Virus record (IMG/VR): IMGVR_UViG_3300013121_000005
Span: 224,001 to 288,000 of that record
Direction: 5' to 3' (one strand)
DNA length: 64,000 nt
Origin: a virus
Taxonomy: Duplodnaviria > Caudoviricetes
Shown here: positions 28,660-38,928 of the stretch, one piece after another
How the letters are laid out: every line of letters begins with the position of its first letter
Numbering within the stretch: the first letter of the stretch is position 1
Position numbers and translations under genes: made by a program
The notes under the pieces: generated by a model
Told to the model about the DNA's origin: nothing
What the model saw: only the letters and a program-made list of their open reading frames with translations
Databases searched by the model: none

Positions 28660-29671
28660 TAGTCCTGGTGACAATCTTAGCGTCTTCAGGCCCCTTCCAG
28701 TAGGGCTCAATATGTATCAGTTTTCGGAGGGCTCGATTAGGCCCATGAGGCTGATTTTTCCAGTGCCCTCGAACGAAGAACTGGACGGTTAGCCTAGAAC
28801 CGACTGCTTGTCTCTGCCCCTGAATGAAGTTTCGGATTGAAGGCCGACAGTCAATCGTAACAGGTTTCCCTAAGACAAACGTCCTAACTTCAGGCACACT
28901 GCGATCCAACCTCCAGCGATTCCCTCTACCTTTACTCTTTTTTTGCTCGTGGTAGTTGGTAGGGTCGCTGAGGGAAAGACAAGTGGACACAATGAGCCTA
29001 CCTAGGAGTAGGATGACCCTTTCATCTTGAGTCTCAATTGACTCAGTAAAACTTGCCACTCCCCAATCAACGGTATCTTCTTTGCGGTTGAAGACCAGGC
29101 AGCCCTCCGTGGAAAATCCGTGGCGCCAGAGTTGGAGCCCATCGTTTGCTTCAGCGATGAAGTTCCAAACCTTTTCCCCGTCCTTGTTACAGACCTGGTG
29201 CACGAAAATCCGACGAAGAGAGGACTCTTTTCCAGTCTTCACGTTGAAGGAGGTCAGGAGCCCCTCAGGAATTTCAATCAGAAAGGCTTTCCAAGGAGGC
29301 ACTACCAAACTGGCTACCTCAGGACCCGCATCCGTAGACATGAGCAGTGAAGCAAACCGATCATCGAGAATGACTCTAGGGCATCCTTGGTCTACCCAAC
29401 GACTAATCCACATGACTTTGAGCTGTTCATGGGGGATGTGCATCAAAGCTTCGGCAAAGAAAGCCGTATCTGGATTACTGGAGATATGCTCAATGAGAGC
29501 CTCAAGGGCGGCATCATCATCGTCTGGGTAAAGCTTGTAGGTCAGGGGCCAGAGGGTCTGACCTACCTTTAGGAGCTGATCGTTACTCAGTATCCCGATT
29601 GCCTCCCCAAAATGGGCACAGAGTTTTTGGTAGGCCCGGTTAGCTAACGTAACTTGAGGGCTACTCTTCAT
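28637..29671 (-). CDS. phage protein with VRGHW...EPYWKG C-terminal domain, paralog of 43446-44537
   Basis: PPWKAFLIEIPEGLL; VRGHWKNQPHGP...RKLIHIEPYWKGP. Confidence 0.75.
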   Translation of the reverse strand: MKSSPQVTLANRAYQKLCAHFGEAIGILSNDQLLKVGQTLWPLTYKLYPDDDDAALEALIEHISSNPDTAFFAEALMHIPHEQLKVMWISRWVDQGCPRVILDDRFASLLMSTDAGPEVASLVVPPWKAFLIEIPEGLLTSFNVKTGKESSLRRIFVHQVCNKDGEKVWNFIAEANDGLQLWRHGFSTEGCLVFNRKEDTVDWGVASFTESIETQDERVILLLGRLIVSTCLSLSDPTNYHEQKKSKGRGNRWRLDRSVPEVRTFVLGKPVTIDCRPSIRNFIQGQRQAVGSRLTVQFFVRGHWKNQPHGPNRALRKLIHIEPYWKGPEDAKIVTRTINLTSRE

Positions 29672-30144
29672 TGCCCCGCCTCAACAAGACCTCTTACAAA
29701 CCATTGGGGGTACTTAGGATTTGCACAGTAGCCAAGAGCGGCCCACCTTTCAGGAGGTGCAGGATTTCTCCAATTTTCGACTGGGCCTAGTTGGAGTACC
29801 TCCAACCACTTTCGTACGTGAGCAATGGCTAACTGACCACGTTTCTCATTGAGAATGGGTCGAAGTCGGTCCATTGTAACTTTCGCTAGGTTGTGGATCC
29901 GACTAACCACCAATGATTTTTGGGCTGTGGGGAAGAACAAAAAGACTTCGTGGTACACTCTATCGGGGTTAGGGAGGTCAATGACCTGGGCCAGGGCTAG
30001 CACAAGCGTTGCGTCTACTAGTTCCTCAGTCACTTCAACAGAGCTAAATCCGTGAGCTGAGGGGTTTGAGTAGAGCGTTTGTTGACGTCCGGTAGGTAGA
30101 TACTTTGCGCCAAACAGGATAGAGCCAACTTCAAGAGGGTCCAT
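29668..30144 (-). CDS. hypothetical protein
   Basis: 10 nt after GGTGTA. Confidence 0.6.
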   Translation of the reverse strand: MDPLEVGSILFGAKYLPTGRQQTLYSNPSAHGFSSVEVTEELVDATLVLALAQVIDLPNPDRVYHEVFLFFPTAQKSLVVSRIHNLAKVTMDRLRPILNEKRGQLAIAHVRKWLEVLQLGPVENWRNPAPPERWAALGYCANPKYPQWFVRGLVEAGQ

Positions 30145-30181
30145 TCCCCTTTTCTACACCGTAACGAGATAGGAGTACTCT

Positions 30182-30610
30182 ATGTCAGACGATTCTAACC
30201 CCCCTGAGTCCACAGCTCCTGAACACAAGCCTTCCATCCTGAAAGGTTGGGCAGCCATCATCACCTCAATTGCAGCTCTTGTTGCAGCTCTTGGGGCCAT
30301 TCTAAGACCCCCACAAGAACCTGCGGCTAAAGCAGCCTATGAGACAGTTGCTTCTGCTGTAAAGGCAAATTCCGAGGCCATTGCGAAAAACCACGATGAC
30401 ATCCAGGCTCTCCGTAACTACATGGAGGGGTACACAAAAGGGGCGGTTCCTTCAGCCCCTCCTTCAGCTCCCCCTTCGCCTGTATCCTCCTCCTCTCCTT
30501 TTACCCACATTCGGGTCGGGGCTGAACCAGTTCGACCAGCCCCCCCTCCATTGGGATCTCGTCCTTCTGTTTGGAACCCCCCAGACTTTAGCCAAATGAA
30601 GAAGAAGTAG
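30182..30610 (+). CDS. single-TM membrane protein with coiled-coil and Pro-rich tail (lysis accessory?)
   Basis: WAAIITSIAALVAALGAIL; AGGAG SD. Confidence 0.55.
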   Translation: MSDDSNPPESTAPEHKPSILKGWAAIITSIAALVAALGAILRPPQEPAAKAAYETVASAVKANSEAIAKNHDDIQALRNYMEGYTKGAVPSAPPSAPPSPVSSSSPFTHIRVGAEPVRPAPPPLGSRPSVWNPPDFSQMKKK

Positions 30611-30614
30611 AGGG

Positions 30615-30866
30615 TCAGCTCAACACAAGGCTTTGGGTTGGGCGCACGTTGATAGGTGGGAGGTGTTTGGATGCTTCCCACTCTTCCCAAGCTAGCCTTA
30701 GGGCTCGATGAACCTGAGGGCTGCCGTTCACAAGGGTGAGACGTACCCGCAATACAAGAAGCTCGCTGGTCTTAGGCCACCAGTTGAACCTTGCAAGTTG
30801 TTGCCCCAATTCCCCTACGAGGTCATTGCGATTCTGTTGGGCAATGAGCCACTCCAAGAACAGCAT
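30615..30866 (-). CDS. YozE/SAM-like small protein
   Basis: FLEWLIAQQNRNDLVGEL...WP...AWEEW. Confidence 0.6.
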   Translation of the reverse strand: MLFLEWLIAQQNRNDLVGELGQQLARFNWWPKTSELLVLRVRLTLVNGSPQVHRALRLAWEEWEASKHLPPINVRPTQSLVLS

Positions 30867-30906
30867 GATCGTACCCTCCACTCTGGAGGATTCTATGACG
30901 AGTTTA

Positions 30907-31590
30907 CTAACTCAGTGTTACTTTAGGGGTTAGATATACCTGGAAGTACTCACTTTGAAGTCGTAACTCTGAGGGGCCCAGGACTCGTCGGTCCTCCTCA
31001 TTATTTTGAATCCACTCTAGCCAATCCTCGTAGGGGGGAGTGAGGTTTTCTACGCACCATGTAGCTAGAGATTCAGCATTTGCACACACAGGGCTAACAG
31101 GGAATCCCTCTGGTGCAGGTTTCTCCCATAGCTGCCAACCAGATCCGAAGGGTGGCTCGATAGGCACCCATTCATCAAACAGGTTGACACCAGAATAGAG
31201 AGCTACAACGGATGGGTTAGGGTTGGGGACGAATTGTTCTCCGTTGCAATTTGCACAGGGCCCCCACACACCACGGCGTTGTGCTCGGATCTCGGTCAAT
31301 CGAGAACGTAGGGTTGGAGTGTCGAAGCCATTTTGGCGACGACGAACCCGCAGTACTTCTTGCTTGGTAACCCCACTATCTAACAAGCAAACTTCTTCTG
31401 CTAGGGTCATCTTGGGAGCCCAAGATCGAAATCGTTGGTAAAGCTTGCGGCTTTGCTCATTCAACCCTGTAGCTAAACAAGTCGGACAGGGTACAGGTCC
31501 TGGCCAAGGATTCTCGTACCCATGCCAGGTAAGACCAAGGGGCCACGCAAAATCCATAGGTACTCGTTTTACCCGCCACCATCGACTCAC
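30907..31590 (-). CDS. conserved-type phage protein
   Basis: KRVPMDFAWPL; CPTC, CANC; EPP.GSGWQLWE...PVSPV. Confidence 0.65.
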   Translation of the reverse strand: MSRWWRVKRVPMDFAWPLGLTWHGYENPWPGPVPCPTCLATGLNEQSRKLYQRFRSWAPKMTLAEEVCLLDSGVTKQEVLRVRRRQNGFDTPTLRSRLTEIRAQRRGVWGPCANCNGEQFVPNPNPSVVALYSGVNLFDEWVPIEPPFGSGWQLWEKPAPEGFPVSPVCANAESLATWCVENLTPPYEDWLEWIQNNEEDRRVLGPSELRLQSEYFQVYLTPKVTLS

Positions 31591-31642
31591 TATAACTCTT
31601 GAAGATCAATAAGAAAACTAACGGTCAGGTAGAGTCGGTGTA

Positions 31643-31868
31643 TTAGGGGCCTCTTAGACCAGACTCAGCCCCTAAGACCTTGCCATACATTTTTTCTGTT
31701 GACTCCTTCAAAGTTCGTTGTAGAACTCGGCCTGGTTTCCTATCGAAAACCTAGTACGCACGAGTGGAGAGAACAACGAAAAAGTCCAGTATATAGGCTC
31801 ACTTTCAAGTGAGCCTTGAGGAGACTCCCTACCGGTTGGGGTCTTCATCCCCCTACAGGAGGTGGAAC
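31643..31868 (+). promoter_or_regulatory. structured intergenic/leader region with sigma70-like TTGACT
   Basis: Stems TTAGGGGC/GCCCCTAA, TTCGTTGT/ACAACGAA, AGGCTCACTT/AAGTGAGCCT; SD AGGAGGT at 31857. Confidence 0.5.
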
Positions 31869-32603
31869 TTGAATATCATCATCGCATGGATCATCGCCCT
31901 AATTGTGTCGGCTGCCCCGCCTAGCCGTCGGCACCACATCCCAGAAGCAAGGGAAACCGAGCAAGAAGCTAGGGTTAGATACGCTAGCATTGCAAAGGAT
32001 CTTGTGGAGGTAGTGTACGACGCCAATGAACGTCCACTCTTCTCTGGGCCTTTTGGTCGAGCCAAGACCGTTACGGTGCTCTTGGCGATAATGACCTACG
32101 AGTCCTCTTTCCGAAAGGATGTCGACGAGGGGCACGGGAAGTTTGCAAAGGGAGATGGGGGGCGAAGCTGGTGTATGCTTCAAGTGAACCTAGGGCAGGA
32201 AAATGCCACTGGGAAAACCCCTAACCGTATTGTTACCTTACCCACGGGAGGGTTTCGGTTCACAACCGACCCTACCCTCGGTTGGGGGGGAGAAGACCTA
32301 GTAGCCGATCGTAGAAAGTGCATCCGAGCTGGGCTCGCCATTGTCCGAAACTCGTTTAACGCATGTGGCCCAACAACTGAGTTGAAGAACAAGCTGAAGG
32401 TCTATGCCTCTGGCAAGTGCACGGAAGGGGAGAAGGAGAGTCAAACCCGTATGGGATTGGCACTCCTTTGGCAAGGACGACTTCCAACCAACACGGATGC
32501 CGAGGTGCTACGGGAGCTTACCGCTCCTACTACGCCAACTGCCCCTACGACAACCGCAAATGACCACGGTGGAAACCCCCTACGGTCGAACGGGTCTCCC
32601 TAG
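31869..32603 (+). CDS. signal-anchored lytic-transglycosylase-like protein
   Basis: Hydrophobic N-terminus; AIMTYESSF (catalytic Glu-like), SWCMLQV. Confidence 0.6.
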   Translation: MNIIIAWIIALIVSAAPPSRRHHIPEARETEQEARVRYASIAKDLVEVVYDANERPLFSGPFGRAKTVTVLLAIMTYESSFRKDVDEGHGKFAKGDGGRSWCMLQVNLGQENATGKTPNRIVTLPTGGFRFTTDPTLGWGGEDLVADRRKCIRAGLAIVRNSFNACGPTTELKNKLKVYASGKCTEGEKESQTRMGLALLWQGRLPTNTDAEVLRELTAPTTPTAPTTTANDHGGNPLRSNGSP

Positions 32604-32638
32604 GGCCCCGAATCTTTTTATCGAATAGGGGTTTACAA

Positions 32639-33025
32639 ATGCATCTTTCTGACCAAGACCTCCTTGATCTCAAGTCTCGTGTTATTTCTGCTTTGGGGAC
32701 TGGTGCGAATGTAGGTCGAGCAAATGACTACCTTCTCGCCCTCATCACAGAAGTTCTTGAGCATCGCGCAAATTGCGCCCCTGCTACACGGAAGTCTGCT
32801 TCTTACGTGTTGAAGGTTGGGGAGATGCAGGTCAGGCGAGTAGCACCTCAGGAGGAGGAGGAGAAAACTCCTCCTCCTGAGGATCCTCCTCAGGAGGGTT
32901 CTTACCTCCACAATGAGGACTCTTACGTCCATCAGGAGGGGCCTCCTGAGGTTTCCCCTGAGGTTTCCCCTGAGGTTCCTCCTGATGGACGTAAGGGTTT
33001 CAAGTCCAGAGGCAAGAAGAAGTAG
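32639..33025 (+). CDS. hypothetical protein with PEVS repeats
   Basis: ORF after AATCTTTTTATC motif. Confidence 0.55.
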   Translation: MHLSDQDLLDLKSRVISALGTGANVGRANDYLLALITEVLEHRANCAPATRKSASYVLKVGEMQVRRVAPQEEEEKTPPPEDPPQEGSYLHNEDSYVHQEGPPEVSPEVSPEVPPDGRKGFKSRGKKK

Positions 33026-33028
33026 TCG

Positions 33029-33892
33029 TCAGCTCATTCGACGAAGAGCCTCTGCCAAAAAAGCTTGCCTTGTCTTTGGCCCAACTACACCATCCTGTTC
33101 CAACCCATGACGCTGTTGGAACAGGATGATGGCAGCCCTTGTTTTGGGGCCCATCACACCATCTGCCCCTGAGCTACCAAGGTCATACCCTTCAGCAATC
33201 AACTCTTGCTGGTACTCCAGTAAAGTCGAGAAGTTCGCCAAAGTAGGGAGAACTTGTACTTGAACGGGTTCTCCGTTCAACGCAGCGACAACATCCTCGT
33301 AACTTCTGGAACTCATGAACTTATTGAAGGAAGCTAGCATTCCGTTTGCGTAGGCTCCGGCATCCGCCGTAAAGTAGCCTTTGGCTTTGAGTGCCCGTGC
33401 AAACGCTCGGCAGTCTCCTTCCAACACGGCTGGCCATGCTGTGTTGAACCTTCGTTTGGCCAAAAGGATTAGGTGATCCTCCATGGCCGAAGTAAGGTCG
33501 GGGAACCTTCGGAACCTCGTAGCGGGGTGCGGAGGGTTGAACAGAACCGAAACACGGTTAGGCCCAACGGCCTTTGCGTGACTTTGGCTTGGGTCAGGGC
33601 GAGCTTGACCGCTAGCAATGAGCTTCTCTGCTACCTCAGGGCTAAAACCCTCCCAAACGTCAGTTAGACAGTGGTAGTCGTACCCATCCCCCTCTACTTT
33701 TTTCACATTACCGAGATTCCACCCAAAACAGTTGTTACCTCCGGTCTCAATAGAAAACTGAGACCAAAGAACTCCTACTGCCTCTTTGCTGGGGATCCCT
33801 TCTCCTACCCGAGGCCACGCTCGAACCACAGCTTCTGTGTAAATCGGAAGCGTAATAGGGGTACGCACCGTGGGGACAAGTTGATTGGACAT
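33029..33892 (-). CDS. endolysin-like: glucosaminidase-like domain plus C-terminal peptidoglycan-binding domain
   Basis: IETG...NLGNVK, FRRF, GYFTA; ADGVMGPKT...FQ...GLEQDGVVGPKT. Confidence 0.8.
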   Translation of the reverse strand: MSNQLVPTVRTPITLPIYTEAVVRAWPRVGEGIPSKEAVGVLWSQFSIETGGNNCFGWNLGNVKKVEGDGYDYHCLTDVWEGFSPEVAEKLIASGQARPDPSQSHAKAVGPNRVSVLFNPPHPATRFRRFPDLTSAMEDHLILLAKRRFNTAWPAVLEGDCRAFARALKAKGYFTADAGAYANGMLASFNKFMSSRSYEDVVAALNGEPVQVQVLPTLANFSTLLEYQQELIAEGYDLGSSGADGVMGPKTRAAIILFQQRHGLEQDGVVGPKTRQAFLAEALRRMS

Positions 33893-33944
33893 GCTCGCTC
33901 CTTCCTTCTCTCAGAAAAGAAACAGAGCTTTAGCGAAGCTAACT

Positions 33945-34274
33945 CTAGAGGACCTGCTCTGAGAGGACCTGCTCAGCGTCGAGGGTCTCCTCTTCGAGGT
34001 TCCGAGCACGAGCCTGATCCCGGCGTGATTCGAGCCACGTCCGGTCGGTCATCTCCCGGAGAACGTCACTCAGGCTGGCGGAGTAGCCCGTGGGGCAGCT
34101 TGGGTCATGCTCGGCCCGAGGGGTCCGGAAGGCAAGGCAAGGATCCGACGGATCCCGCTTGATAGAGTAGACCCCCAGCTTCTGCTTGCTACTAGCGTAG
34201 GGCCCCTGGTAGCGCATGAGGTACCCCCCACGGAGGAGGTAGACCTTCCCGACCTTGAGTTCTTCCAATTTCAT
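33945..34274 (-). CDS. hypothetical protein
   Basis: Coupled ORF. Confidence 0.6.
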   Translation of the reverse strand: MKLEELKVGKVYLLRGGYLMRYQGPYASSKQKLGVYSIKRDPSDPCLAFRTPRAEHDPSCPTGYSASLSDVLREMTDRTWLESRRDQARARNLEEETLDAEQVLSEQVL

Positions 34275-34960
34275 ACCGATGCCGCTTTCCGCCTTGATTG
34301 AAGGACCCCCTCAATCAAGCGATATCTTTCTCGCCCCTTCTTTAGGATTTCATCTGGGTGACGTGGGGCAGTAGGTGACTTGAGCCAGTCCTCAACTGTG
34401 AGGGGGATGTCCCCCTCCCCAAGATAGAGGTAGTGGGGCTTCAATGTGACTAGAGGCTGTACCAGAGACTTGCTGTGGGTAACCACAATGGCAGCTAACG
34501 TAGAGGTGGGGGGGTCTTGAAGAAATTCTTGAAGGGCAACCCCTACTCCAGCCGCTCCATTGTCAGACAGCCCGAGGTCAGGCTCATCCCAGAAAATCAC
34601 ATGGGCAGTCGTCCTACTACGACATGTACGGATGCCTGTTGTAACAACAGAGGCCGAGTTATACCCTGTAGAGTCATGCATCTCATCCCCATAAACCATG
34701 GCAAGCCAGGGCTTATGGGCGATACTTCGACGACCCTCCATGGAAAGGCCCATGCACTCCACCTCGGCCTTTTGGCACAGACTTTGGGTAATACGTCGAA
34801 AGAAGCTTTTCCCGGAAGCATTCTCCCCGAGGACTACAAGGAGCTTACCCTCTCCGGGTTGGAAAAATGCTGGGATTGGAGTCTTCCCTTCCTTGTTGGG
34901 GTGGAAGTACTCCAATCCCAAAGCCTCTTCCACAAGACTTCTTGGGTCATGAAAAGCCAT
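34271..34960 (-). CDS. stand-alone ABC-type ATPase
   Basis: GENASGKS, STG, FWDEPDLGL, VVTHS. Confidence 0.8.
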   Translation of the reverse strand: MAFHDPRSLVEEALGLEYFHPNKEGKTPIPAFFQPGEGKLLVVLGENASGKSFFRRITQSLCQKAEVECMGLSMEGRRSIAHKPWLAMVYGDEMHDSTGYNSASVVTTGIRTCRSRTTAHVIFWDEPDLGLSDNGAAGVGVALQEFLQDPPTSTLAAIVVTHSKSLVQPLVTLKPHYLYLGEGDIPLTVEDWLKSPTAPRHPDEILKKGRERYRLIEGVLQSRRKAASV

Positions 34961-34961
34961 T

Positions 34962-35192
34962 TCAGTCTTCCTGGAAATTCTTTTCTAGCACTACGCGGTA
35001 GGTAAAGTACCCGAGTTTCCGAGAGGGCCGCAGGTAGGTAAGCGTAAGACCCTCTCTTCGCAAGCAATTGGAAAAGTCGTGGTACTCCCGCTCATCCCCG
35101 TATTCCTCGATGGAAACCAAAGTACCTACCTTGGGGGCGGTGGGCTTTAGGGCTTCTTGCCAGTTACCCGTGTAGATTCCTACCCTAATCAT
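34962..35192 (-). CDS. hypothetical protein
   Basis: Coupled ORF. Confidence 0.5.
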   Translation of the reverse strand: MIRVGIYTGNWQEALKPTAPKVGTLVSIEEYGDEREYHDFSNCLRREGLTLTYLRPSRKLGYFTYRVVLEKNFQED

Positions 35193-35878
35193 CGGCGGGC
35201 TCGGCTTGGCTTGAGAGAGGGGGCCTGTGCCTTCTTCTGCATTGCAGAATCAATGTCCCGATCCTTTTGCAATGCCTCCTGCACAACATCCCGATCGATG
35301 GCTGCGTGAGCCATCCGATCTTCGTGACTTGGGATCACGAAAGGCGTGTTCTCCTCCTTGAGGCGTCGAACGCGCTCGATCTCATCGGGGGAGTGAATCG
35401 TCCCCCCCGAGTTAAGGTCGATGTACCACTGGAGGACCTCTTGACGAGTCGCGAGGTCGTTGACATTCCAGCGAAACCTAGCCGTAAGGATGTGGGGGAT
35501 ATCCGTGTAATCCCGCCGATAGTTCCCTCCGAAGATGGGGAACTCGTTGTTCATGAACCCGAGCACGGCATCGAGGCGCTGCTTGCCGTCCACGAGGACG
35601 TAGTAGCCCTCCTCGCCGTACTGGGTCCCGACCCGGCCAAACTTGTGGCCAGGGCAGTTAAGATAGAGGTCCTTGCCGGTCATCCCGCCCCGGAGGATGA
35701 ACTCGATGTAACGGACCTTCTGTTCCAGGGTCCACACGTAGGTCCGCTGGAAGTCGGGGTTCACGTCAAGGCCGTACTCCACCACCTCTCTAGCGTAGTG
35801 CGTGGCAAGGAAGTACCATGAGATATCTACTGAATACCCAGGGTTCTTGGTGAATTGGGGGATATCCGTGAATTTCAT
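35189..35878 (-). CDS. DUF262 (GmrS-like, ParB/Srx fold) protein
   Basis: NPDFQRTYVW...VDGKQRL...LN. Confidence 0.85.
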   Translation of the reverse strand: MKFTDIPQFTKNPGYSVDISWYFLATHYAREVVEYGLDVNPDFQRTYVWTLEQKVRYIEFILRGGMTGKDLYLNCPGHKFGRVGTQYGEEGYYVLVDGKQRLDAVLGFMNNEFPIFGGNYRRDYTDIPHILTARFRWNVNDLATRQEVLQWYIDLNSGGTIHSPDEIERVRRLKEENTPFVIPSHEDRMAHAAIDRDVVQEALQKDRDIDSAMQKKAQAPSLKPSRARR

Positions 35879-35884
35879 GCCTAC

Positions 35885-38209
35885 TTAACGTAGCCCTACC
35901 GGACTACTCAACGAACTTTTTTCCTCTGGTGGCTTGCCTATCTGTCGACGATACTTGCAGCACATAAGGTAAGCCAAGCCCCACTCTTTCTCAGTTAGAC
36001 CTACCTTTGAGGCAAGGTAGGCAAACCGGTGCCCGATATTCGCATCTGAAGCGGAAAATCCTGCGTCATTTTTAAATGCTGCACGATCTGGATCGAGTTG
36101 AGCCAGAACTTGCAGGCTAGTCAGAGCCCACTGCTCTAGGGACGTCTGAGCGAAGCGTCGAGGATCCGAGGTTTCCTTTGCTTCCCTGGTCCAGCGATCG
36201 AAACGAATTTGACGTCGTTGTTGTTCACGGTCCTTCTCTCGCTCATGGGCTGCCGTTTCGGCTGCTGCTTGAGCTGCCGCCTCTTTTTCTCTTTCATCCT
36301 CGGCTGCTTGACTGATAGCTGCCAAGTCTTCTGCACTGATGCCCTTCCGAGCTTCCGGAGAAGAAGTGCGAGAAGAAGCTTCGATAGAATCCTTGATGAC
36401 AGCTCGCTTTTGGGTGAGTATCCCATGCACAAGTCGTTCAAGAGGGTTATCTGCAACGAGGGTGGTAATCAGTACCCCTCGGGTAGATCCAATTCGTAAG
36501 ATACGATCTTCTGCTTGAGCGTTGAGTGCGGGGGTCCAGTCTAGATCGACGAAGATTGCGTTTGAGGCATGCGTCAGCGTAAGAGCTACTCCTGCCGCTT
36601 TGATTGTACCTGCAACCCCCTTCAGCTTGCCGCTCTGGAAAAGAGTCTGGATTCGGACGCGATCTTCAGGGGAAGTATCTCCTGTGATGACCTCCCATCC
36701 CTCACGGCCAATGAACTTGTCAATAGGGGCCCGATGTGCGGAAAACACCACAAGAGGCTCGTTTTGCTCCTCGTAGCTTTGCACAAGCTCCAGAAGTGCA
36801 GGGATTTTTACCGTAGCTAGGGCTGCCCTGGCCTTGGCGATTTCTCTAAAGCAGGTCCCATTGACCTGCTTTAGAAATTGCTCTGCGTCTACAACCGTAG
36901 GGCCAAATTTAGCCAGGAGTTCTCCTTCGGATGATGCAAGGTCCGCTTTCAGTACATCTGAGGGGAGAGGGTCTTCGTTTACACGAGAGTACCGAGTGTA
37001 CCCCTTCAGCAGCTCTCCGAACTTGTCGTATGCCTTTTTGACACAATCCTGTTTCAGAGAGACGGACACAACAACATCCCGATAGATTTTCGTCGGGAGG
37101 TCAGGAAGTACGTCCACTTTCATCCGACGAAGGGAGACACGTTGGAGTAGTTCTGGGACTTCCGGTTGTGGGTGCCCCCACTCATAACCCCATGGCCCTA
37201 CTTGGGCGTTAAAGAGCTGAGTGAAGTGATCCCAGGACCCAAACGCTTCTTTGGCAAGCCCGGCTGCTTGGAGCACACTCCACAACTCTGGAGGACGGTT
37301 CATCAACGGAGTTGCAGTCAGTAACCAAACCTTACCGTCTCCTTTCTGAACAGCTCCCGAAAGGAGACGGAAGTTTCGCCCTCGAATGGTTTTTGAAGAC
37401 TTGAGGGCATGAGCCTCATCGGCGATAAGGACAGTATTTCCCAAAGGGTTGCTGCTAAGAAGGGACGGGAGAATGTCATAGTTTAGAATGAGCAACTCTC
37501 CCGGATTAGGCCAGCGAAAGGAATTCCGACCGTAGAGAACTGTCACCTTGAGATCCGGTCGCCACTTCTTGGCCTCGGATTCCCATACATTCTTTGCAAC
37601 AGCAGGGCCAACTACAAGAATGGGGTCTCCCTCAGGGATAGCTAGGAGAGCTTGCATGGTTTTGCCAAGCCCCATGTCATCCGCTAGGAGTGCTCCCGAA
37701 CGAGACGCAAGCCACCTAACCCCAACCTTTTGGAATGGGAAGAGTTGAAGACCCCGCTTTTGGAGTTCGTTGTCTACCTTGTCTGCCCTAACTGCTGCCT
37801 GATTGATCTTAGTACACACCTCCCCCTCTTTGGCTTGAAAGTTGAGGGCCAACTCTGGAGGAAGGTCTAAGGTAAACCCTGCATCATGAAGCTTCTTCGT
37901 GATTTCGAGGGACCTCGTGATGGGGGCTACCTGAGCTTTGAGTCTCCCATCGTACCGTGCCCCACTCGTAGCTTGCCGGTACTTTGAAAAGAGGCTCTCG
38001 CCAAGAAAGTCCACGGGCTTGAAGATGACCAGAGGTCCGTCTTGCCGCACAGAGATTAGAGGCTTCTTGTCTTTGGGTACCCCTGCACATGTCTTGCACT
38101 TCACGATCCAGCGGGACCCAACTGACGGAGGCTCAGCGACCCCTTCGTTAGCTGGAACATTTGCGTGGCAGACTGAACACGTACTAGAGTAAAAGTTAGG
38201 GCGAATCAT
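35885..38209 (-). CDS. SNF2-family (HARP/SMARCAL1-like) helicase
   Basis: LADDMGLGKT, DEAH, TATP.NRP, QAEDRILRIG. Confidence 0.9.
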   Translation of the reverse strand: MIRPNFYSSTCSVCHANVPANEGVAEPPSVGSRWIVKCKTCAGVPKDKKPLISVRQDGPLVIFKPVDFLGESLFSKYRQATSGARYDGRLKAQVAPITRSLEITKKLHDAGFTLDLPPELALNFQAKEGEVCTKINQAAVRADKVDNELQKRGLQLFPFQKVGVRWLASRSGALLADDMGLGKTMQALLAIPEGDPILVVGPAVAKNVWESEAKKWRPDLKVTVLYGRNSFRWPNPGELLILNYDILPSLLSSNPLGNTVLIADEAHALKSSKTIRGRNFRLLSGAVQKGDGKVWLLTATPLMNRPPELWSVLQAAGLAKEAFGSWDHFTQLFNAQVGPWGYEWGHPQPEVPELLQRVSLRRMKVDVLPDLPTKIYRDVVVSVSLKQDCVKKAYDKFGELLKGYTRYSRVNEDPLPSDVLKADLASSEGELLAKFGPTVVDAEQFLKQVNGTCFREIAKARAALATVKIPALLELVQSYEEQNEPLVVFSAHRAPIDKFIGREGWEVITGDTSPEDRVRIQTLFQSGKLKGVAGTIKAAGVALTLTHASNAIFVDLDWTPALNAQAEDRILRIGSTRGVLITTLVADNPLERLVHGILTQKRAVIKDSIEASSRTSSPEARKGISAEDLAAISQAAEDEREKEAAAQAAAETAAHEREKDREQQRRQIRFDRWTREAKETSDPRRFAQTSLEQWALTSLQVLAQLDPDRAAFKNDAGFSASDANIGHRFAYLASKVGLTEKEWGLAYLMCCKYRRQIGKPPEEKSSLSSPVGLR

Positions 38210-38217
38210 AACGCTCT

Positions 38218-38649
38218 TTAGAAGTCATCGAAGATTGACGCCTTAGCATCCTTTCTACGGGCTAACTCGTGGGTGATAGCTAGCTTAGCCTGGGCCCAAT
38301 CTTGGGCATGAAGGATGCGGAGAGACCCAAAGGTTGGGTATCCGTTGACAAACCTACTCCCCATCCGGGAGCTTAGGTACTCCCATATTACACCAATCTG
38401 TTGTAAATGTCGGCTCTCCCAGCCGGAAAAACAGCCTAGTGCGAGGGGTAGGAAAACCATCGTGAGGAGGTTCTCCGGGACTGCGCTAGAGACAAGGATC
38501 TTACCGTCACAGTAGTCAAATACAAACTGTGCCAAATCCTCCTTAGGCATAAGAGGGACAGGCCCCAGGTTCTGACATGTTAGGAGGTCTTCTCGGGTCT
38601 CTTCCAGGTCTTCCCGGGTTTCTTCCAGCAAATCCTTTAGATCCCCCAC
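38218..38649 (-). CDS. hypothetical protein
   Basis: ORF in operon. Confidence 0.6.
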   Translation of the reverse strand: MGDLKDLLEETREDLEETREDLLTCQNLGPVPLMPKEDLAQFVFDYCDGKILVSSAVPENLLTMVFLPLALGCFSGWESRHLQQIGVIWEYLSSRMGSRFVNGYPTFGSLRILHAQDWAQAKLAITHELARRKDAKASIFDDF

Positions 38650-38652
38650 TGT

Positions 38653-38928
38653 TCAATTCATCCTAAGACGAGCTGCTTGGGTTGTCTTCTGGATGTCTTC
38701 CTCCAGAAGTCGCAGTTGAGCTTGGGTAGGCGCTACCCCATCTACCAGAATTTTGAATGCTTCCGGAGAGATGACCTCTACCTCTAGCCTGTAGGGCTGA
38801 ACCCCCCAGAGGCTAGCAAGTCGCTTTCGTACGGCATTTTCTACCATCAAGAGATTCATGTGTGTACCTTTTTCACTTGCGATGAACGTATCGCCATGGG
38901 CTAAACGTACGAAATCTATCCGCGTCAA
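38653..38928 (-). CDS. hypothetical protein
   Basis: ORF in operon; start uncertain. Confidence 0.5.
   Translation of the reverse strand: MTRIDFVRLAHGDTFIASEKGTHMNLLMVENAVRKRLASLWGVQPYRLEVEVISPEAFKILVDGVAPTQAQLRLLEEDIQKTTQAARLRMN

Noticed and set aside
35189-35878. Complete GmrSD type IV restriction system
   Set aside because: Only the DUF262 domain is present; no DUF1524/HNH partner nearby
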